Origin: Alphaproteobacteria bacterium
GTDB taxonomy: Bacteria; Pseudomonadota; Alphaproteobacteria; GCA-2731375
Direction of reading: 5' to 3'
DNA: 64,000 bases
NCBI GenBank assembly: GCA_965225945.1
Contig: CBDDBZ010000029.1
Coordinates: forward strand, 1-64,000
Shown piece after piece: positions 1 through 12,623 of the stretch. The translations under genes and the position numbers were made by a program. A model generated the notes under the pieces. It was not told the DNA's origin. It saw only the letters and a list, made by a program, of their open reading frames with translations, and did no database searches. Each line of letters begins with the position of its first letter. Within the stretch, counting starts at the first letter, position 1.

Positions 1-159
1 AAGAACATACGGGCGTGGCGATGTAAAGAACGCGCCCGCCACACTAGCGCCGCGGGCGAGGGCGAGCCTCACCCCCAGACCGTCTCCGCCACCTCCACCA
101 CGCGGGCTAGTTTGGCCCCTTGGTCGGCCTCGCCGTCGGTGGCGACAAGCCCTGGCGAG

Positions 160-372
160 CGGTGCCGGGGCGAGGCTACACTTCGAGGCTTGGTCCGCTC
201 GATCCACCGCAACCTCGCGCTACCACCCGAGACGCGGCTCTTCATCTGCCGCGACTACGCGCCGGGCGGCCGGGACCATGCCTGGGAGACCACGGTCGCG
301 GAGGAGCGGGCGGGCGACATCCACCTCCGCGACGGCACCGACGAGGAGAGCTTCGTCGAGATGCGCACCGCC
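160..372 (+). pseudogene. C-terminal remnant of an MBL-fold persulfide dioxygenase (Sdo/Blh/ETHE1-like)
   Basis: Frame of ORF 112..1122 reads RSIHRNLALPPETRLFICRDYAPGGRDHAWETTVAEERAGDIHL...EESFVEMRTA, matching the LALPDETRLFMCHDY...WETTVAEE motif. The N-terminal HxHxDH region is absent, CHDY has become CRDY, and similarity stops near 370. Confidence 0.65.
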
Positions 373-456
373 GCGGCACCAAGTTGCCGAGTGCCGGCGA
401 CGACGGCGTCGTCTACCCGCGCCTGCCGCTCGACGCGTTCTAATCGATCGGTCGGG

Positions 457-1068
457 TCAGCCGAGTTCGGCGGCCGGCGCGATGCCGGGCATGGCGATAT
501 ATCCCGGCAACGCCTGTATCCGGGCGATCCAGGCGATGACGTTTTTGTACGGTGCGAGCGAAATCTCGCCCTCCGGCGCCAAGGCGACATAGGGGTAGCA
601 GGCGACGTCGGCGACGGTCGGCCGGCCTGCCGCGAGCCAGTCGTTCGATGCCAGGTGCCCGTCCAGCACCTCGAGCCCCGCCTTGCCCAGCGCCTGCGAT
701 TGTTCCACGTTCCATGGTCGGCCGAGCTTGAGCGCCGCGCGGGCCCGCGCCATGCCGTAGAGGCACTCGTTTTCCGCCACCGCCAGCCATTGCATGACCT
801 GGACCAGATCGCCCGTTGCCTCCGGCAGCCAGTCGGCACCGTGATTGCGCGTCAGATGGGTCAGGATCGCCTGGCTGTCCCAAATGACGGACCCGCCGTC
901 GACCAGCGTCGGGATCTGTCCTCGGGGATTGAGGGCGAGATAATCGTCCTGGCGGTTGTCGCCGTTCGCCAAATTGATCGGCGCCAGTTCCAGCTCCACG
1001 CCCAGCAGGGCGGCCATGAGCCGGACCTTGTAACAGTTGCCGGAAATCTCGGTGTCGTAGAGTTTCAT
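457..1068 (-). CDS. Glutathione S-transferase family protein
   Basis: MKLYDTEISGNCYKVRL, NPRGQIPTL, DSQAIL and PTVADVACYPYV motifs; AGGAGA RBS before the ATG at 1068. Confidence 0.93.
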   Translation of the reverse strand: MKLYDTEISGNCYKVRLMAALLGVELELAPINLANGDNRQDDYLALNPRGQIPTLVDGGSVIWDSQAILTHLTRNHGADWLPEATGDLVQVMQWLAVAENECLYGMARARAALKLGRPWNVEQSQALGKAGLEVLDGHLASNDWLAAGRPTVADVACYPYVALAPEGEISLAPYKNVIAWIARIQALPGYIAMPGIAPAAELG

Positions 1069-1079
1069 CTCGTCTCTCC

Positions 1080-1817
1080 TCAGAGGCGCCGGCCATACAA
1101 ATTGAACAGCCGTTCCCAGTGACGCTCGGCGGCGGGCTTGTCGTAGCACCAGCGCTCGGGAAAGGCGAAGCCGTGGTGGACGCCGGGGTGGATCTCGATC
1201 TCGCCCTGGGTGCCGGCGGTCTCGAACAGGCCCTTTAATTCGTCGACCATGTCCGAGGGCGCGAGTTCGTCGTGCTCGGCGCAGGAGATGTAGGCCTCGC
1301 CCCGGATCGTGGCGAGGTTCAGGTGCGGGCTTTCCTCCGCGTCGTTGACCAGCCAGGTGCCGTAGAAGGAGGCGGCGGCGGCGACGCGCTCGGGAAAGCG
1401 CGCGGCGGCGGCCAGCGCGTAGGGCCCGCTCATGCAATAACCGTGGCAACCGACGGCGCCCGCCTTCACCCACGGTCGGCCGTCGATGTAGCCAAGCATG
1501 GCGGCGAAATCCTCCATCACCGGCGGGATCGTCATCTTAGTGCGCACCGCGCGCATCGCGGCGTGGTCGGCGCTGTCCTTTTCCAGCACGTCGGGGCCGT
1601 ACTTGGTGTCACGGCCGGCGCGGTAATAGAGGTTCGGCAACAGCACGACATAGCCGACCGTGGCCAAGCGGCGCGCCATCTCATAGAGCTCCTCGCGGAT
1701 CCCCGGCGCGTCCATCAAGAAGAACACGGCCGGATGGGGTCCGCCCCGCTCGGGCCGACAGATGAAGGTCTCCATCGCGCCCTCGATGGTGGCGAGGTCC
1801 ACGACTTCCTCGATCAT
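1080..1817 (-). CDS. Dienelactone hydrolase family protein
   Basis: MDAPGIRE, nucleophile motif GYCMSG, HHGFAFP. Confidence 0.92.
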   Translation of the reverse strand: MIEEVVDLATIEGAMETFICRPERGGPHPAVFFLMDAPGIREELYEMARRLATVGYVVLLPNLYYRAGRDTKYGPDVLEKDSADHAAMRAVRTKMTIPPVMEDFAAMLGYIDGRPWVKAGAVGCHGYCMSGPYALAAAARFPERVAAAASFYGTWLVNDAEESPHLNLATIRGEAYISCAEHDELAPSDMVDELKGLFETAGTQGEIEIHPGVHHGFAFPERWCYDKPAAERHWERLFNLYGRRL

Positions 1818-1845
1818 GACGTTGCCTCGCGCGGTCGCACGCGGC

Positions 1846-2244
1846 TCAGAGCTTCAGGCCCCAGGCGCGGGTGGCGTAGTCCTCGGTGACGATGTCGAAG
1901 ACGACGCCGTTCGGATCATGAAACTTGATCTCGCTCGCGCCCTCGGGCGTGTCCGGCAGGCGCATGTGGTAGCGCCCACCGTTCTGCTCGATCGTCTTGC
2001 TCTGGGTGTCGATGTCCTCGACCACGAAGCCCATGTGGTGCAGACCGTGGAAGTCCTTGCCGCGCGCGTCGCCGGCTTGCTCGTCGGTCTGGAACTTCAG
2101 GATCGCCAAGCTGACGGTGCCGTCGGTGAGCAGGATGGCGATTTCGGATTCCTGCGCCCGTTGCATCCCGAAGGTCTTCTCGTAAAAGCTGGCCGCCGCC
2201 TCCATGTCGGGCACGGTAACGGCAATATGTCTGAGTTTGGGCAT
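1846..2244 (-). CDS. VOC/glyoxalase family protein
   Basis: MPKLRHIAVTVPD, GLHHMGF, EIKFHDPNGVVFDI; GGAGA RBS before the ATG at 2244. Confidence 0.88.
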   Translation of the reverse strand: MPKLRHIAVTVPDMEAAASFYEKTFGMQRAQESEIAILLTDGTVSLAILKFQTDEQAGDARGKDFHGLHHMGFVVEDIDTQSKTIEQNGGRYHMRLPDTPEGASEIKFHDPNGVVFDIVTEDYATRAWGLKL

Positions 2245-2504
2245 GGCGTTCTCCCCCGCTGATCGCGTTCCGCCTCGATGCTGGGCGCCCGGTGGCCACG
2301 CTGTCAAGCGAGGCCGGTGGCCAAGTCAGAGCAAGATCCGCGAGGGCGCGAAGCCTGCCTGGGCGAGGCGGCGCAATGGCGCGCGGAAGGAGGCCATTTC
2401 GTGGCGCGGGTGCGCTTCGGGGGCTACAGTGACCCGAAATCGGACACGGCGCGCTCCCATGGTGCCAAATCAGGGCGCGAACGGCCGAAATCCGCCCCTC
2501 TACG

Positions 2505-2535
2505 GTTGCGAGAACGGGTCCGCAACCCCATATAT
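2505..2535 (+). promoter_or_regulatory. Putative RpoH (sigma32) promoter of dnaK
   Basis: GTTG-N17-CCCCATAT about 100 nt upstream of dnaK, close to the alphaproteobacterial heat-shock consensus. Confidence 0.65.
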
Positions 2536-2637
2536 CGGCTCGGGTTCGATGTCCTAAAGTATCGATAAGGGCCATACACGGGGGTTCCATGCGGTGCCAC
2601 GTGGCCGCCGGAACCTGCCAAGAGGAGGATATGGAGC

Positions 2638-4575
<1,938 letters not shown>

Positions 4576-4651
4576 GTCGTCCGAGAGACGTGGTGATGGT
4601 CAGGCGGGCGGCCGGCGCGGCCCGAGATTCCGGCGGGAAGGCCTGAGATCG

Positions 4652-5785
4652 ATGGCCCGTCGAGATTTTTACGAGGTGCTGGGTGTCGGGCGCGAGGCCG
4701 CCGGCGACGAATTGAAGCGCGCCTTCCGTGGCCTGGCCAAGCAATACCACCCCGATCGCAACCCGGGCGACGCGGAAGCGGAACTCCGCTTCAAGGAGCT
4801 CGGCGAGGCCTACGGCATCCTCTCCGACGCCGAGAAGCGCCGCGCCTACGATCAATTCGGCCACGCCGCCTTCGAGGCCGGCCGGGGCACGGCCGGAGGC
4901 TTTGATGTCGGCGGCACCTTCGCCGACGTGTTCGACGATCTCTTCGGCGAGTTCATGGGCGGTGGCGGCCGGCGCCGCTCCTCCTCCGGCGCCACCCGGG
5001 GCGCCGACATGCGCTACAACCTCGAGATCACGCTGGAGGAGGCCTATCGCGGCAAGAAGACACAGATCCGCGTGCCGACCTCCGTCGCCTGCGGCAGCTG
5101 CAGCGGTAACGGTGCCGAGCCCGGCTCCAAGCCCTCTCTCTGCGCGACCTGCCACGGTCACGGCAAGGTCCGGGCACAACAGGGTTTCTTCACGATCGAG
5201 CGCACCTGCCCGAACTGCCGGGGCGCCGGCCAGGTGATCCAAAACCCCTGCCGGGCCTGCGGTGGCGCCGGCCGGGTCGAGCAGGAGCGGACGCTCGCCG
5301 TCAACATTCCCCACGGGGTCGAGGAGGGAACGCGAATTCGCCTCGCCGGCGAGGGCGAGGCCGGCCTCAGAAGCGGACCGACGGGCGATCTCTACATCTT
5401 CCTGAGCGTCGCCGCGCACCGCATCTTCCGCCGCGAATCGATGCATCTCTATTGCCGGGTGCCGATCCCGATGGTGACCGCCACGCTCGGCGGGGGGATC
5501 GAGGTGCCGACGCTCGAGGGCGGCCGGGTTTCGGTCACTATCCCGGCCGGGACCCAGACCGGGCGCCAGTTCCGCCTGCGCGGCAAGGGGATGCCGCAAT
5601 TGAACGGCCACACGCACGGCGACATCTACCTTCAGACCGTGGTCGAGACGCCGGCGAAACTCACCAAGCGGCAGGAGGAGTTGCTGCGCGAGTTCGCCGC
5701 CGCCGGGCGCGAAGAGGACACCAGCCCCGAGAGCGTGGGCTTCTTCGCCAAGGTCCGCGACCTGTGGGAAGATCTGAAGGACTGA
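4652..5785 (+). CDS. dnaJ: Chaperone DnaJ
   Basis: J domain with HPD, G/F-rich region, four CxxCxGxG repeats; follows dnaK. Confidence 0.99.
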   Translation: MARRDFYEVLGVGREAAGDELKRAFRGLAKQYHPDRNPGDAEAELRFKELGEAYGILSDAEKRRAYDQFGHAAFEAGRGTAGGFDVGGTFADVFDDLFGEFMGGGGRRRSSSGATRGADMRYNLEITLEEAYRGKKTQIRVPTSVACGSCSGNGAEPGSKPSLCATCHGHGKVRAQQGFFTIERTCPNCRGAGQVIQNPCRACGGAGRVEQERTLAVNIPHGVEEGTRIRLAGEGEAGLRSGPTGDLYIFLSVAAHRIFRRESMHLYCRVPIPMVTATLGGGIEVPTLEGGRVSVTIPAGTQTGRQFRLRGKGMPQLNGHTHGDIYLQTVVETPAKLTKRQEELLREFAAAGREEDTSPESVGFFAKVRDLWEDLKD

Positions 5786-5927
5786 GTGTCCGAGCGCTAG
5801 TACCAACTGCCATGAATGGCGACGTTCGAGTCGGCCTCCGGGCCGGCCCGTGCCGCCGACAGGTTTGTCGCCGTCGTGGTTGGCGCTATCCTCCTCGCCT
5901 GAGCGCAGATGCGGGGAGGGCGGGCTC

Positions 5928-6740
5928 ATGAGCGACGTCGAGATGGGCGTGATCGGCTGTGCCGGGCGAATGGGCCAGGCGCTGCTGCGGGAAATCCAGC
6001 AAACCGAGGGCGCGGCCCTCGCCGGCGGCATCGAGCGCGCCGGCCACCAGGTGATCGGCCAGGACGTCGGCGCGCAGGCTGGGCTCGGAGCGCTCGGTCT
6101 CGAGGTCGGCGACGACGTCGGCGCGCTGATGGAGGCCTCCGACGTGGTGCTCGATTTCACCGCGCCCGAGGCGACGCTCCGCGCAGCCGCGATCGCCGCC
6201 GAGACGGGAACCGCGCTGATTGCCGGAACCACCGGCATCGAGGCCGAGGGCGAGGCCCTGATCACCGCCGCCGCCGAGCGCACGGTCATCGTCCGCGCCG
6301 CCAACTTCAGCGTCGGCGTCAACCTGCTGCTGCAACTCACCCGCCAGGTCGCCGCCGTGCTCGATCCCGACTTCGACATCGAGGTGGTGGAGATGCACCA
6401 CCGCCACAAGGTCGACGCCCCCTCGGGCACGGCGCTGGCGCTCGGCATCGCCGCCGCCGAGGGGCGCCAGGTGGACCATGAAGAGGTCGCCGAGCGCGGG
6501 CGCGACGGCATCACCGGGGCCCGGGCCCGAGGCGCCATCGGCTACGCGGCGCTCCGGGGCGGCAACGTCGCCGGCGAGCACTCGGTGATCTTCGCCGCCG
6601 ACAACGAGCGAATCGAGCTCACCCACAAGGCGGGCGATCGGGCGATCTTCGCCCGGGGCGGCGTCAGGGCCGCGCTCTGGGCGCACGGCAAGCCGGCGGG
6701 GCGCTATTCGATGATGGACGTGCTCGGCTTCACCGAGTGA
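5928..6740 (+). CDS. dapB: 4-hydroxy-tetrahydrodipicolinate reductase
   Basis: GCAGRMG, DFT, GTTG, EMHHRHKVDAPSGTAL; ATG at 5928 after GGGGAGG. Confidence 0.97.
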   Translation: MSDVEMGVIGCAGRMGQALLREIQQTEGAALAGGIERAGHQVIGQDVGAQAGLGALGLEVGDDVGALMEASDVVLDFTAPEATLRAAAIAAETGTALIAGTTGIEAEGEALITAAAERTVIVRAANFSVGVNLLLQLTRQVAAVLDPDFDIEVVEMHHRHKVDAPSGTALALGIAAAEGRQVDHEEVAERGRDGITGARARGAIGYAALRGGNVAGEHSVIFAADNERIELTHKAGDRAIFARGGVRAALWAHGKPAGRYSMMDVLGFTE

Positions 6741-6800
6741 TGTCTCCAGTGGATTCTATCCACTAGGTCTCGCGCATTGGCCGGCGAGAAGTGATGCACC

Positions 6801-8409
6801 ATGGCAATCGATTTAGCTGATCTCGACGGACGGCATTTTGACGTCGTGGTGATCGGCGGCGGTATAAACGGGGCGAGTAGCGCCCATCATTTGGCGGCGG
6901 AAGGCTACACCGTCCTGCTCGTGGACAGGTGCGACTTCGCGTCGGGTTCCACCGCACGCTCCACCAGGATGCTGCATTGCGGCCTGCGTTATTTCGAAAC
7001 GCCACGCCCTGTGCGCGACTTTCTGTTCCACCCGGCACGGTTCCGCACCGCACTCTCCATGGCTCGGGCCGCGATGCGGACGCGGGCCGAGCTGGCGACG
7101 GATTCCCCGGACCGCTTGAATCGTTTCACCCTTTGCTTTCCGATCTACAAAGCTGGGCCCTACAAGCCCTGGCATTTGGACCTGGGCTTCAAGCTTCTGG
7201 GGGCGCTCGGTCCGAAGACGGTGCCACTGGACTATTGCCGCCTCCCCGCCGAGGAGGCTCGCGTGCTGCCGCTCGTGAACCAGCTTGCCAATCCCGAGCA
7301 ATTGCATTCCGTGGCCACCTTTCGAGAATACATGTTTGACTGGCCGGAACGGTTCTGCATCGACGCGGTGCTCGACGCCGAACGGATGGGCGCCGTCGTC
7401 AGAAACTACACGACCGCCCGGCTTTTCCGGCGCGACAGCCAAGGTCGATGGCAGGTCGGTCTCACCGACGCGAGCGCCAGCACAACCGTCCGGTGGTTCT
7501 CAATAGCCGCGCCGGTGGTCGCCGCGCCGGTGGTTCTCAATATGGCCGGGATCTGGATCGACAAGGTAAACCAGAGGGAAGCTTCGGCGCCGGCGCCGAG
7601 ACGCCTGATCCAGGGCACCAAGGGCGCGCATATCGTCGTGCGGCTGGCGGGCGAATTCCGCGATTCCGGCATCGCCACGATGAACAGCCTCGGCGAGCCG
7701 CACTACTGCCTGCCGAGCCAAGGTGGCAATCACCATATCGGGCCGACCGAAACCCTCTACGAGGGAGATATCGACGACATCCGGGTGAACCGAATGGAGC
7801 TCGAATTCCTGCTGGCGGAGACCAACGCGGTCCTACCCGGCCTGGCGCTCGAGGAGCGGCATGTCGTCTATAGCTGGGCCGGGGTGCGGCCTTTGACTTA
7901 CGATCCCGCCTTTCCCAAAGGTAGGAGGTCGCGGGAAATTCACGACCTGAGGAAAGAAGGGCTGCCCAATGTCCTCGCCATGACCGCCGGCCCGGTGATG
8001 AGCCACCGTTCCGCCGGGCGGGAGATGGTGATGGCGGTCAAAGCCATGATCTCGCCTTCACGGCCTGCCCAGCGTCCCGATTACAGACCCCGCCGATTGC
8101 CCGGGAATACCAACGCGCCGCCGCTGATCGAGGGCGACGAAGCCGCCGCTGATCGAGGGCGACGAATGTGTCCGGCTGTCCCATCTCGGGCACGTTGCCA
8201 GCACCGAGCACGGCCGGGAACTTGGCGACATATTGTTTTCGCGTACCGGGCTCGGCTATCGCCACCAATTGCGCGACGAGGACATCCGGCGTGCCGCGGA
8301 GGCCGTCTCTGGCCATCTCGGCTGGGACGGGGCTGAAATCGAGCGTCAGGTAGCCGCCGTCCAGTCCCGGCTCGAGACCGTTTACCAGCCTGCCATTGCT
8401 GCCGAGTGA
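6801..8409 (+). pseudogene. Glycerol-3-phosphate dehydrogenase/oxidase-family FAD enzyme, frameshifted near its 3' end
   Basis: IGGGINGA, DFASGSTARSTRMLHCGLRYF, GTKGAHIVV, WAGVRPL. A 25-nt tandem duplication at 8117-8166 shifts the frame; removing it restores a GlpD-like C-terminus (...ELGDILFSRTGLG...HLGWD...) ending at TGA 8407-8409. Confidence 0.8.
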
Positions 8410-8571
8410 TCAGCTTTGGCCACGGTCGCGTCCAGAACAACCGCCCTTACTGCAACCCGAGACCGAGGGGCGGATCGACTCCAAGATCGCCAATCCGTTC
8501 AAGCTCGACCAGGGGCTCGTGGCGCGGTTCCGACAGCCGGGTCGGGCGGGGAACTCGCGGATCGTCGCCTC

Positions 8572-9702
8572 TCAGGCCGTGGCGCCGGGGGCGACCGTGT
8601 CCGCGTCGAGATGCTTCATCAGATAGTCCAGCGCGGGCCCGTCGATCGTGTCCTCGCAGGAGGTCAGGACCCGTTCGGCCATGCGGGCGACGAAACGCTG
8701 CCGGTCGCGCCCGCGCCCGTCGTAGTCGGTCTCCCGCGCGACTTCCACGGCGGCGCGAATGATCGGCTGCAGTTCCCTCGGAAGCCCCGCCCGCGCGCAA
8801 ACCGCTCGCAACCCATTGTCGCCGCCATCGTCGATCAGAGTGTGTGCGTTGGCTAGAGTAATGCCGCAGAGCCGGGCCATCGCCGCCTCGAAGAAGACGC
8901 GGTCGCCGAGGCAAATCGAGTGCAGCACGATAGTGGGAGTCAGGCGGTCGTTGCTCGCCAGTTGCTCGACCAGCGTGGTGACGTCGCGTTCGCTCGAGTC
9001 GTCGTCGATCAGGCTCATGGTCGCGCGTTCCCGGCTCTCCCGCACCAGGTCGGAGGCGGTGTCGCTCGGAAGTTCGTGTTGCGTGACCAGATGTGCTTGA
9101 AGCCGTTCCGAGACCAGCGATACCAGTCGTTCCGAGATCGAGAGCGGCAGCCATTTGCGCCGCACCATCGGATCGTTGATCCGCTCGTTGTCGCCGAAGG
9201 TGTCGATCACCGTGGCGAGCGCCCGCTCGCTCAGATCCACGTCGTCGTTGGCCAGCAGCGCGACGACGACATCCTCCTCCTGGGTCTCGGCCAGCGCCTC
9301 GCCGACGCGCTCGGAAACGTCCTGGCGCCAGGCCACGGCCACCTGATGGGCGACGGAGGACTCTCCGATGATCGCGATCAGGTCTTCCTCGGGCAGCGCC
9401 TCGGAGTGCTGGAGGATCGGCGTCGCGACCTCGGCGACGTCACGCGCGAGCGCGAGCGCGACATCGTGGGGCACCTCGGTATTGTGCTTGAGGCTCTCGG
9501 CCATCGCGGCGCGAACCCGGACTTCCACGTCCCGGAGCAGGACGCGAAAGATGTCCTCGGTGAGTTTTTTCTCCCGCGCCTCCATGGTTTGGTCGTACTG
9601 ATCCGCCAGGCGGCTGGCGACGGCGGCCCGGTTTTCCGGCGAGGGATCGCTGGCCAGCCGAGCGACCTCGATGGGCGTCAATATCGCGGTTTCATCACTC
9701 AT
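8572..9702 (-). CDS. DUF2336 domain-containing protein
   Basis: Helical repeat pattern DVEVRVRAAMAESLK...PHDVALALARDVAEVATPILQHSEAL typical of alphaproteobacterial DUF2336. Confidence 0.85.
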   Translation of the reverse strand: MSDETAILTPIEVARLASDPSPENRAAVASRLADQYDQTMEAREKKLTEDIFRVLLRDVEVRVRAAMAESLKHNTEVPHDVALALARDVAEVATPILQHSEALPEEDLIAIIGESSVAHQVAVAWRQDVSERVGEALAETQEEDVVVALLANDDVDLSERALATVIDTFGDNERINDPMVRRKWLPLSISERLVSLVSERLQAHLVTQHELPSDTASDLVRESRERATMSLIDDDSSERDVTTLVEQLASNDRLTPTIVLHSICLGDRVFFEAAMARLCGITLANAHTLIDDGGDNGLRAVCARAGLPRELQPIIRAAVEVARETDYDGRGRDRQRFVARMAERVLTSCEDTIDGPALDYLMKHLDADTVAPGATA

Positions 9703-9775
9703 GAACTAACTCGTCCATCGACGCTTGTGGCGACACGCTCCGCCCGGGCCCTGGAGATATAATCGGGGAAGGGCG

Positions 9776-9791
9776 TTAACGTTACGTAAAC
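9776..9791 (-). promoter_or_regulatory. Near-consensus CtrA box upstream of the DUF2336 gene
   Basis: Minus strand TTTA-N7-TTAAC, one mismatch to TTAA-N7-TTAAC. Confidence 0.45.
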
Positions 9792-10024
9792 TGGGTCCAT
9801 GCGTCGCGCCGTCGAGGCTTCACGCACAAGTGAAGCAGCCTGACCCCGCCGCCTCTTGTCAGCGCGGGGCCGGTAGAGAATATTGGGTCCAGATGTTGCC
9901 GGGTGTTCGCTCCTCGTGGCGCGCCCGGCGGAGACGATGCGACGGAATAAAGGGAGTGACATCATCTTTGCGGCCCCCCTATCACCATGATGTCTTCGCG
10001 ACAATCCGTCGTTCGGCGGCGGCG

Positions 10025-10463
10025 ATGCCCCTAGGGCTCGCCGCCGTCATTTTTGTCGCCGTGACGCTGCTTGCCGCCGGACCGGCGACGGCGCAGGAGG
10101 TGCTGTCCGCGGCGCTGGCGCGCGAACGCCAGCTTGCCTCGAAGGTGACGATCGTCGACATTCGCCGGCCCGAGGAATGGCGAGACACCGGCCTGCCGGC
10201 GGGCGCGGCGCGCGCCACCAATCCTCTCGCCGCTCGGCAACCTCGGTTTCCTGAAACGGATCGTGGAAATCACCGGCGGCGACAAGACCATGCCGATCGC
10301 CTTGATTTGCGCCGCTGGCGCGCGTTCGCGCCACGCGGCCAAACTACTGGGCGAGAAGGGTTACACCCGGGTCACCGACATCCGAGAGGGGATGTACGGC
10401 AGCCGTGCTGGCCCGGGCTGGCTCAGGCGGAGATTGCCGCTCGAAACCTGCGACGACTGCTGA
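10025..10463 (+). pseudogene. Secreted rhodanese-like protein with a frameshift near 10220
   Basis: Signal peptide and VDIRRPEEWRDTG in one frame; PIALICAAGARS...EGM..GW in another frame. Confidence 0.75.
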
Positions 10464-10507
10464 AGGGGTCGATGCGGCGCGGGCAGGGACCGCGAAAGCG
10501 GGTCGGC

Positions 10508-10804
10508 TCACACGCGCTCGCGGCCGATGTGCGCCTGGACATTGACCAGCGCGGCCGTCGCGATTTCGCCCGACCGCCGCGCACGCGCCGCGATCATGGC
10601 CGAACCGCCTTCCAACGCCTCCAAGTCGGCGAGCAGCGCATCGAGCCGGGCGACGTTCCAGGCATCGCTCATCTCGACGATCCGGTGTCTGAGGTCGTCG
10701 GATGCCTCGCCGTCGCGCAACAGCGCGGCGAGCGGGCTGTCCATCTCCGCGTTCGGGGCTGGTCCCACCATCGATCCTGTCTCCTTGCTGTCGCCGTGCC
10801 CCAT
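10508..10804 (-). CDS. Hypothetical small helical protein
   Basis: 98-aa ORF with typical codon usage, GAGGTGG RBS and an upstream CtrA box. Confidence 0.6.
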   Translation of the reverse strand: MGHGDSKETGSMVGPAPNAEMDSPLAALLRDGEASDDLRHRIVEMSDAWNVARLDALLADLEALEGGSAMIAARARRSGEIATAALVNVQAHIGRERV

Positions 10805-10820
10805 ATTCCACCTCGCCGTC

Positions 10821-10836
10821 TTAAGACTCGGTTAAC
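10821..10836. promoter_or_regulatory. CtrA-binding box
   Basis: Perfect TTAA-GACTCGG-TTAAC in a GC-rich context. Confidence 0.65.
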
Positions 10837-10928
10837 GCAGGCCGCTGGCGCGGCCCGGCGGCCGCCGCTATATTCGGCGCCATCGAACACCGGGAGCCCC
10901 CGGCTCCCGCGAGGAGGGATCACAGCCC

Positions 10929-12113
10929 ATGCGCGAAGCCGTCATCGTTTCCACCGCCCGCACGCCGATCGGCAAGGCCTATCGCGGCGCCTTCAACAAT
11001 ACCCACGGCGCCGACCTCGGCGGCCATGCGATCCACCATGCGGTCGAGCGCGCCGGCATCGAGCCCGAGACGGTTGAGGACGTCATCATGGGCTGCGCGG
11101 GGCCGGAGGGCGCCACCGGCGGCAACATCGCGCGCCAATGCGCGATCCGCGCCGGTCTTCCCGTCACGACCGCCGGGACCACGGTGAACCGCTTCTGCTC
11201 CTCCGGGCTCCAGACCATCGCCATGGCGGCGAGCCGCGTCATCGTCGACGGCGTGCCGGTCATGGTCGCCGGTGGACTGGAGAGCGTCAGCCTGGTTCAA
11301 AACGAGCATCAGAACCGCTATCGCGGTCGCAACGAATGGATCGAGGAGCATAAGCCGGCGCTCTACGATGCCATGTTGACGACGGCGCAGACCGTCGCCG
11401 ACCGCTATTCGATCAGCCGTGAAGCGCAGGACGAGTACGCGCTGCAGAGCCAGCTTCGTACCGCCGCCGGCCAGCAGCGCGGCGCCTTCGACGACGAGAT
11501 CGTGCCGCTGCCGTCGATCAAGATCATCCTCGACAAGGAGAGCGGCGAGAGTTCGGAGCAGGAGGTGGTGCTGGAACGCGACGAGGGCAATCGGCCCAGC
11601 ACGTCGGCCGACGGCCTGGCCGGCCTCGAGCCGGTGACCGGCCCCGACGGCCACATCACCGCCGGCAACGCCAGCCAACTTTCCGACGGGGCCTCGGCCT
11701 GCGTCGTGATGGAGGCGCGCGAGGCGGAGCGCCGAGGGCTCGAGCCGCTCGGCTATTTTCGCGGCCTCGCCGTCGCCGGTTGCGAGCCGGACGAGATGGG
11801 CATTGGCCCGGTCTTCGCCGTGCCCCGCCTGCTGGAGCGGACCGGGCTCTCGATGGACGACATCGACCTCTGGGAACTGAACGAGGCTTTCGCCGTCCAG
11901 GTGGTCTACTGCCGCGACAAGCTCGCCATCCCGAACGAGAACCTGAACGTCGACGGGGGCGCGATCTCGATCGGCCATCCCTTCGGCATGAGCGGTGCCC
12001 GCATGGTCGGCCACGCGCTGATCGAGGGCAAGAAGCGCGGCGCCAAGCACGTCGTCACCACGATGTGCATCGGCGGCGGCATGGGGGCCGCGGGCCTCTT
12101 CGAGGTGGTCTGA
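10929..12113 (+). CDS. Acetyl-CoA C-acyltransferase (thiolase)
   Basis: [29 protein letters not shown]. Confidence 0.96.
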   Translation: MREAVIVSTARTPIGKAYRGAFNNTHGADLGGHAIHHAVERAGIEPETVEDVIMGCAGPEGATGGNIARQCAIRAGLPVTTAGTTVNRFCSSGLQTIAMAASRVIVDGVPVMVAGGLESVSLVQNEHQNRYRGRNEWIEEHKPALYDAMLTTAQTVADRYSISREAQDEYALQSQLRTAAGQQRGAFDDEIVPLPSIKIILDKESGESSEQEVVLERDEGNRPSTSADGLAGLEPVTGPDGHITAGNASQLSDGASACVVMEAREAERRGLEPLGYFRGLAVAGCEPDEMGIGPVFAVPRLLERTGLSMDDIDLWELNEAFAVQVVYCRDKLAIPNENLNVDGGAISIGHPFGMSGARMVGHALIEGKKRGAKHVVTTMCIGGGMGAAGLFEVV

Positions 12114-12420
12114 TACCGGTGACCCCATGATGTGACTCTTGGGGGGATTCCCTCGGTGCGGATTTTGTGATTCCCTCACTCCCACACAACATATGGTGGG
12201 GTTGAGATGGTTGCGCTCAAGATACGGGATGATATGATGGCGGATGAGCTTCGGCGCTGGGCCCGCACCTCGGCCCGGGGTCGGGCGGCGGCGCGGGCCT
12301 ACGCGATCGCCAACGCGCTGGAAGGGATGAGCCGGGACGAGGCGGCGCGCTTGGCCGGGATGGAACGCCAAGCGTTGCACGACGCGGTCGTTCGCTACAA
12401 CGCCGAAGGGCTGGCGGGAC
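12114..12420 (+). mobile_element. IS630-family element, left part only (cut by IS21)
   Basis: Near-identical to 48938-49244; starts TA-CCGGTGACCCC right after the thiolase stop codon. Confidence 0.9.
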
Positions 12421-12623
12421 TGTCAATCGGCGTTGAACATTGACCCCCTATCGGCGTGCAATGTTGACCCCTTTGGGGATGCACGGCGGAGGTCGTACAG
12501 GTAGTCCATAGGAGGGGCCCGCGCGCGGGCCGACGCGCCCACCACGCGGCTGGCGGCGGACCGCGCGTGGGAGGTTCCTGTGGGCCCACCTGGGCGACCG
12601 GGCGGCAGGTGGATCGGTTGCCT

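Noticed and set aside
12421-12475. Short reiterated repeats (also 14960-15026, 46116-46180, 48605-48660) as a CRISPR array
   Set aside because: They are the multiple terminal repeats of IS21 ends; there are no unique spacers or cas genes.
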